Assembly: GCA_944387125.1 (NCBI GenBank)
Contig: CALXDT010000105.1
Location: 220 to 64,219 of the forward strand
Source: an uncultured Oscillospiraceae bacterium
GTDB taxonomy: Bacteria > Bacillota > Clostridia > Oscillospirales > Oscillospiraceae
Length of the DNA: 64,000 nt
Direction: 5' to 3'
A program made the translations under genes and the position numbers. Numbering within the stretch: position 1 is the first letter of the stretch; the number at the start of each line of letters is the position of its first letter. Positions 60,567 through 64,000 of the stretch are shown here, piece after piece. Below the pieces are notes generated by a model. That model did no database searches and was not told the DNA's origin. It saw only the letters and a list, made by a program, of their open reading frames with translations.

Positions 60567-61871
60567 TTACTTTTCGTAGCCGGGCTTGCCCAGAAGCTGG
60601 AACATGTTCCGCTTATACAGCTCTACGCCGGGCTGGTTGAAGGGGTTGACCCCCAGGATGTAGGCGGAGACGCCGCAGCACAGCTCCAGGAAGTAGAACA
60701 GCTCGCCTACCTTCCGGTCGTTCAGCTCGCCTGCGTCGATGGTGATCACCGGCACGCCGCCGTCCACATGGGCGGCCACGGTGCCCAGATATGCCTTCTC
60801 GTCCACGAAGTCCAGGGTCTTGCCTTCCAGGTAGTTCAGGCCGTCCAGATTCTTCCAGTCGGAGCCGATGGTATAGGTCTGGGCGGGGGGATCGAACCGA
60901 ACCATGGTCTCGAAGATGTTCCGCTGACCCTGCTGGATCATCTGACCCAGGGAGTGCAGGTCGGCGGTGAACTCGGCGGTGGCGGGGAAGATGCCCTTGC
61001 CGTCCTTGCCCTCGGACTCGCCGAACAGCTGCTGCCACCAGCCGCCGAACATCTTGAACCCAGGCTCAAAGGACTCAAAGATCTCCAGCACCTTGCCGTT
61101 GCGGTACAGCAGGTTCCGCACGGCGGCATACTGCCAAACAGGGTTTTCAAAAGAACGCAGATCGTAGCTTTCCTTGGCGTCCGCGGCGCCGTTCATCATC
61201 TCCATGATGTCGATGCCGGCTACCGCCAGGGGCAGCAGCCCCACCGCGGTGAGAACCGAGTACCGGCCGCCTACGTTGGGGGGAATCACAAAGGTCTCCC
61301 AGCCCTCTTCCGTGGCCATCTGCCGCAGAGCGCCCTTGCAGGGATCGGTGATGGCGTAGATGCGGCTCTTGGCGCCGTCGGTGCCGTATTTCCGCTCCAG
61401 CATCCAGCGCAAAGCCCGGGTGGCAATGGCAGGCTCGGTGGTGGTGCCGGACTTGGAGATGATGGTGATGGAAAAGTCCTTGTCCTCCAGCAGCCGGGTC
61501 AGCTCGTTCCAGTGGCGGGTGCTCAGGCCGTTGCCCGCAAAGAAGATCTGGGGATTGCCCTTGCCCTTGCCGATGTTGTGGTTGGGACCCTGGAGCAGCT
61601 CGATGGCAGCCCGGGGGCCTAAGTAGGAACCGCCGATGCCGATGACCACAAACACATCGGAATCGCTGCGGATCTTCTTGGCGGCCTTCTGAATCCGGGT
61701 GATCTCGTCGGTAGCCTTCCGAACGGGCAGATCCAGCCAGCCCAGGAAATCATTGCCCGGGCCGTCCCCGTTGATCAGCGTGTCGTGGGCGGCGGCCACT
61801 TCCTTTTCCATAGCCAAAAGATCCGGTAGAGACAGCTGTCCCCATACATTGGAAATGTCAACTTTAATCAT
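60567..61871 (-). CDS. pgi: Glucose-6-phosphate isomerase
   Basis: GIGGSYLG, SKSGTTTE, GGRYSVLT, QLFGESEGK, FNQPGVELYK. Confidence 0.97.
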   Translation of the reverse strand: MIKVDISNVWGQLSLPDLLAMEKEVAAAHDTLINGDGPGNDFLGWLDLPVRKATDEITRIQKAAKKIRSDSDVFVVIGIGGSYLGPRAAIELLQGPNHNIGKGKGNPQIFFAGNGLSTRHWNELTRLLEDKDFSITIISKSGTTTEPAIATRALRWMLERKYGTDGAKSRIYAITDPCKGALRQMATEEGWETFVIPPNVGGRYSVLTAVGLLPLAVAGIDIMEMMNGAADAKESYDLRSFENPVWQYAAVRNLLYRNGKVLEIFESFEPGFKMFGGWWQQLFGESEGKDGKGIFPATAEFTADLHSLGQMIQQGQRNIFETMVRFDPPAQTYTIGSDWKNLDGLNYLEGKTLDFVDEKAYLGTVAAHVDGGVPVITIDAGELNDRKVGELFYFLELCCGVSAYILGVNPFNQPGVELYKRNMFQLLGKPGYEK

Positions 61872-62362
61872 TTTTCTGGAACACGTCCTTTCAATTTTGG
61901 TGAAGTGTCATATATAGTTTACCGCATAATGCCGCCAAACGCAAGCCCCAGTAATAAATTCCCCTGAGGAAAAATATCGCTTCCGGGGGGGAATGGAGGG
62001 GACGTTTTGCTTATTGGGGCTTTGACGAAGATTTCCGCCGGGACTGTCTGCCGGAACTGCATGGCTTTCCGCACAGCTCTTTCTGCGTTTCTTTATCTTC
62101 TGCCCGTTCCAGAGCCGCAGGCCGGGTCGGCGCGGTTAAGAAAGATTGTGATAACAAAGGATTTCTGCTATAATAGTACCTGCTGAATCAGCCGCAGGCG
62201 GGAAATGGAAGTAACGGCTCTTTTCAACCGGTTTTTCCATTCAGGCGCGCATCCAAACAGGCGCCAGGACGTTTGCGTTGCTCCGCACCCACTATAATAA
62301 TGGCTGCGGATCGAGTTGGGGAAAGATGACGAATCATAGAAAAATGTTGTAATTTCTACCGC

Positions 62363-62404
62363 TGCAACTGGTTGTTGCGAAGCTGCAACCGCAGTTTGGT
62401 TGCG
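62363..62404 (+). promoter_or_regulatory. Putative XRE operator palindromes
   Basis: Two GCAAC...GTTGC palindromes upstream of the HTH gene and a TATACT -10. Confidence 0.5.
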
Positions 62405-62451
62405 TGCTATGGGTAAAAGCTGTATACTGACAGCGAAAGGAGGACACCGAT

Positions 62452-63192
62452 ATGACCTTTGGGGAGAAAATTCAAAAGCTGCGGAAAGCAGCCGGGCTGT
62501 CACAGGAAGAACTGTCCGATCAGTTAGGCGTATCCAGGCAGGCTGTCAGCAAATGGGAGTGCGACAACGGGTATCCGGAAACAGAAAAGATTGTTCGCAT
62601 GAGCAAAATTTTCAATGTGACCCTTGACTATTTATTGAATGAGGAAGAAACAAAGGCACCGGAAACTGGGACGGAACAAGGAATATATGTAAGCCGGGAA
62701 ATGGCAGAGGGGTTTCTTTTGTATCAAAAGCGGAAATATCTTAAAATTGCCATTGCCGCAGGGATCATGGTTGGGAGCCTTGCGCTCTCGTTTCTGTTGT
62801 CCGATCTTTCCATGCTGCTTTTTATGCTGATATGGATTGCGGGAATTGTTCTTCTATTCTCTGTCAAATTAACAGAGAATCCATATGGAAAACTCTGGAA
62901 GGAACCGCTGGTGTTTGACAAGACTGTAAAGGCAGAACTCAATACGGCCTACGCGGAGAAAAAGAGATTCCTTCAACTGTTTCATTTAATCGGAATTGCA
63001 TTAATTGCCTTGGGCTTTCTGTTTTTTCCCTTAATGGTTCCGGCAGAATTACCCTTTGCAGATACCATTGCTTTGGCCGCGGGAATGATTGCAGCTGGAA
63101 TGGGAACATTTTTCTGTATTTATATGTCCGGCCTTATTCGTACCTATCGGTTGTTGATTCGGAATGAAGTCGATCAGCAGAAAGGAATGTGA
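62452..63192 (+). CDS. XRE HTH protein with C-terminal TM helices
   Basis: LSQEELS..LGVSRQAVSKWE...YPE; about 4 hydrophobic helices. Confidence 0.88.
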   Translation: MTFGEKIQKLRKAAGLSQEELSDQLGVSRQAVSKWECDNGYPETEKIVRMSKIFNVTLDYLLNEEETKAPETGTEQGIYVSREMAEGFLLYQKRKYLKIAIAAGIMVGSLALSFLLSDLSMLLFMLIWIAGIVLLFSVKLTENPYGKLWKEPLVFDKTVKAELNTAYAEKKRFLQLFHLIGIALIALGFLFFPLMVPAELPFADTIALAAGMIAAGMGTFFCIYMSGLIRTYRLLIRNEVDQQKGM

Positions 63193-63199
63193 AGATCGT

Positions 63200-63637
63200 A
63201 TGAAAAGATTCTGGATTACATTTGTGGCAATAGTGACACTGCTTTGCGGTTGCCAAGCCGACGGAAATGCAAATGCTTCCGATTATGGGGATGCAATTTC
63301 AAAGGCGCAGGAAATAGCCGTGATCTCTCCCGATGCGTCGGAAGTTATTGATACGATTACGGATGCGGAGGAAATCAAGGAGTTTCTTTCGGCGCTGAAT
63401 TTGGATCAATGGGAATTAAAACCACTGCCCGATGAAGCGTCAGAAATCGGTTCTTTTGGATTGGCACAAGAGGAAACAATCAAACTGGGGCAGAATGATA
63501 CCGATGGAACCCTATATGATATGGCTTCCATTACCCTATACAATGGAGATTATATCCGTTTTGAAGCCGGCGGGTTTGATATGACTTTTGAAGTGTGTGC
63601 GGAAACTGCCGATTTTTTAAAGGGATATTTCGGGTAA
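63200..63637 (+). CDS. Hypothetical acidic lipoprotein
   Basis: MKR plus hydrophobic core and LLCGC lipobox. Confidence 0.75.
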   Translation: MKRFWITFVAIVTLLCGCQADGNANASDYGDAISKAQEIAVISPDASEVIDTITDAEEIKEFLSALNLDQWELKPLPDEASEIGSFGLAQEETIKLGQNDTDGTLYDMASITLYNGDYIRFEAGGFDMTFEVCAETADFLKGYFG

Positions 63638-63878
63638 CTGGAGATAAACGCGGATGATAATTGCCGCTGCGCGCTTGAATGCGCTTCAGGCGCGCTCCCG
63701 GACAAAGCGGAAACGCACCCTGACAACGGGCGTTTCCGCTGTTTGTTTGGGAAGCGCCCCAACAAGCCGTTTCACTCCCTGCGGCCTGTGAAGCTCCCGG
63801 AGTGCGGCCATACCCGAATTGCTTGCCGAAGCGCGCAGCCCCGGAAGTGACGCGAAAAAACGGAGGTGCGTGTTTCTC

Positions 63879-63998
63879 TTACGCATTCTCCGTTTCATGG
63901 GCTTTTGCAGTCCCTCCGCTGTGTATTTCATTACGGTTAGTTCTTTTTCGTCCATTGTATTGATCCACGGAAATCTTCAGCAGGGTGACGAGCGGATA
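63879..63998 (-). CDS. Possible 3' end of a gene starting beyond the window
   Basis: Open frame ...YPLVTLLKISVDQYNGRKRT...ENA*. Confidence 0.3.
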   Translation of the reverse strand, partial: YPLVTLLKISVDQYNGRKRTNRNEIHSGGTAKAHETENA

Positions 63999-64000
63999 GA

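Overview
A GC-rich chromosomal segment of a Firmicute. Gene content, SigA/ECF promoters and strong SD sequences suggest Clostridia, probably Oscillospiraceae-like; this is an inference. It is mostly core genome. In order: 3' part of aspS; ECF sigma/anti-sigma pair; BspA-like repeat protein; D-amino-acid aminotransferase; blaI-blaR-like pair; tRNA-Arg(CCG); divIVA-like gene and fliB; acetylase-type DAP genes (dapH divergent from a deacetylase and an aminotransferase); P-type ATPase; oppABCDF with four murein-peptide hydrolases; PHP/TraX/DUF2156/GNAT/TraX; ZTP-riboswitch-led pur operon; jag-yidC-yidD-rnpA-rpmH with no dnaA beside it; typA; a second family-5 ABC importer; PrsA-like foldase; pncA-like gene, udk, HAD, YhcH and DUF89; amidohydrolase; second ECF pair; pgi; and an AT-richer two-gene cassette. 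No CRISPR array, prophage or transposase is visible. The most interesting observations are: (1) a dispersed ~115-165 bp element with terminal inverted repeats, in three diverged copies, two lying between promoter and SD of cell-wall amino-acid genes where they could act as anti-SD switches; (2) a BlaR1-type sensor whose S11 DD-carboxypeptidase domain has lost all three catalytic motifs; (3) a hidden ~260-nt transcript with micro-ORFs upstream of the pur operon; (4) PurF lacking the catalytic N-terminal Cys; (5) a MITE between two identical copies of a 30-bp hairpin; (6) a TraX-DUF2156-GNAT-TraX acyl/aminoacyl-transfer cluster.
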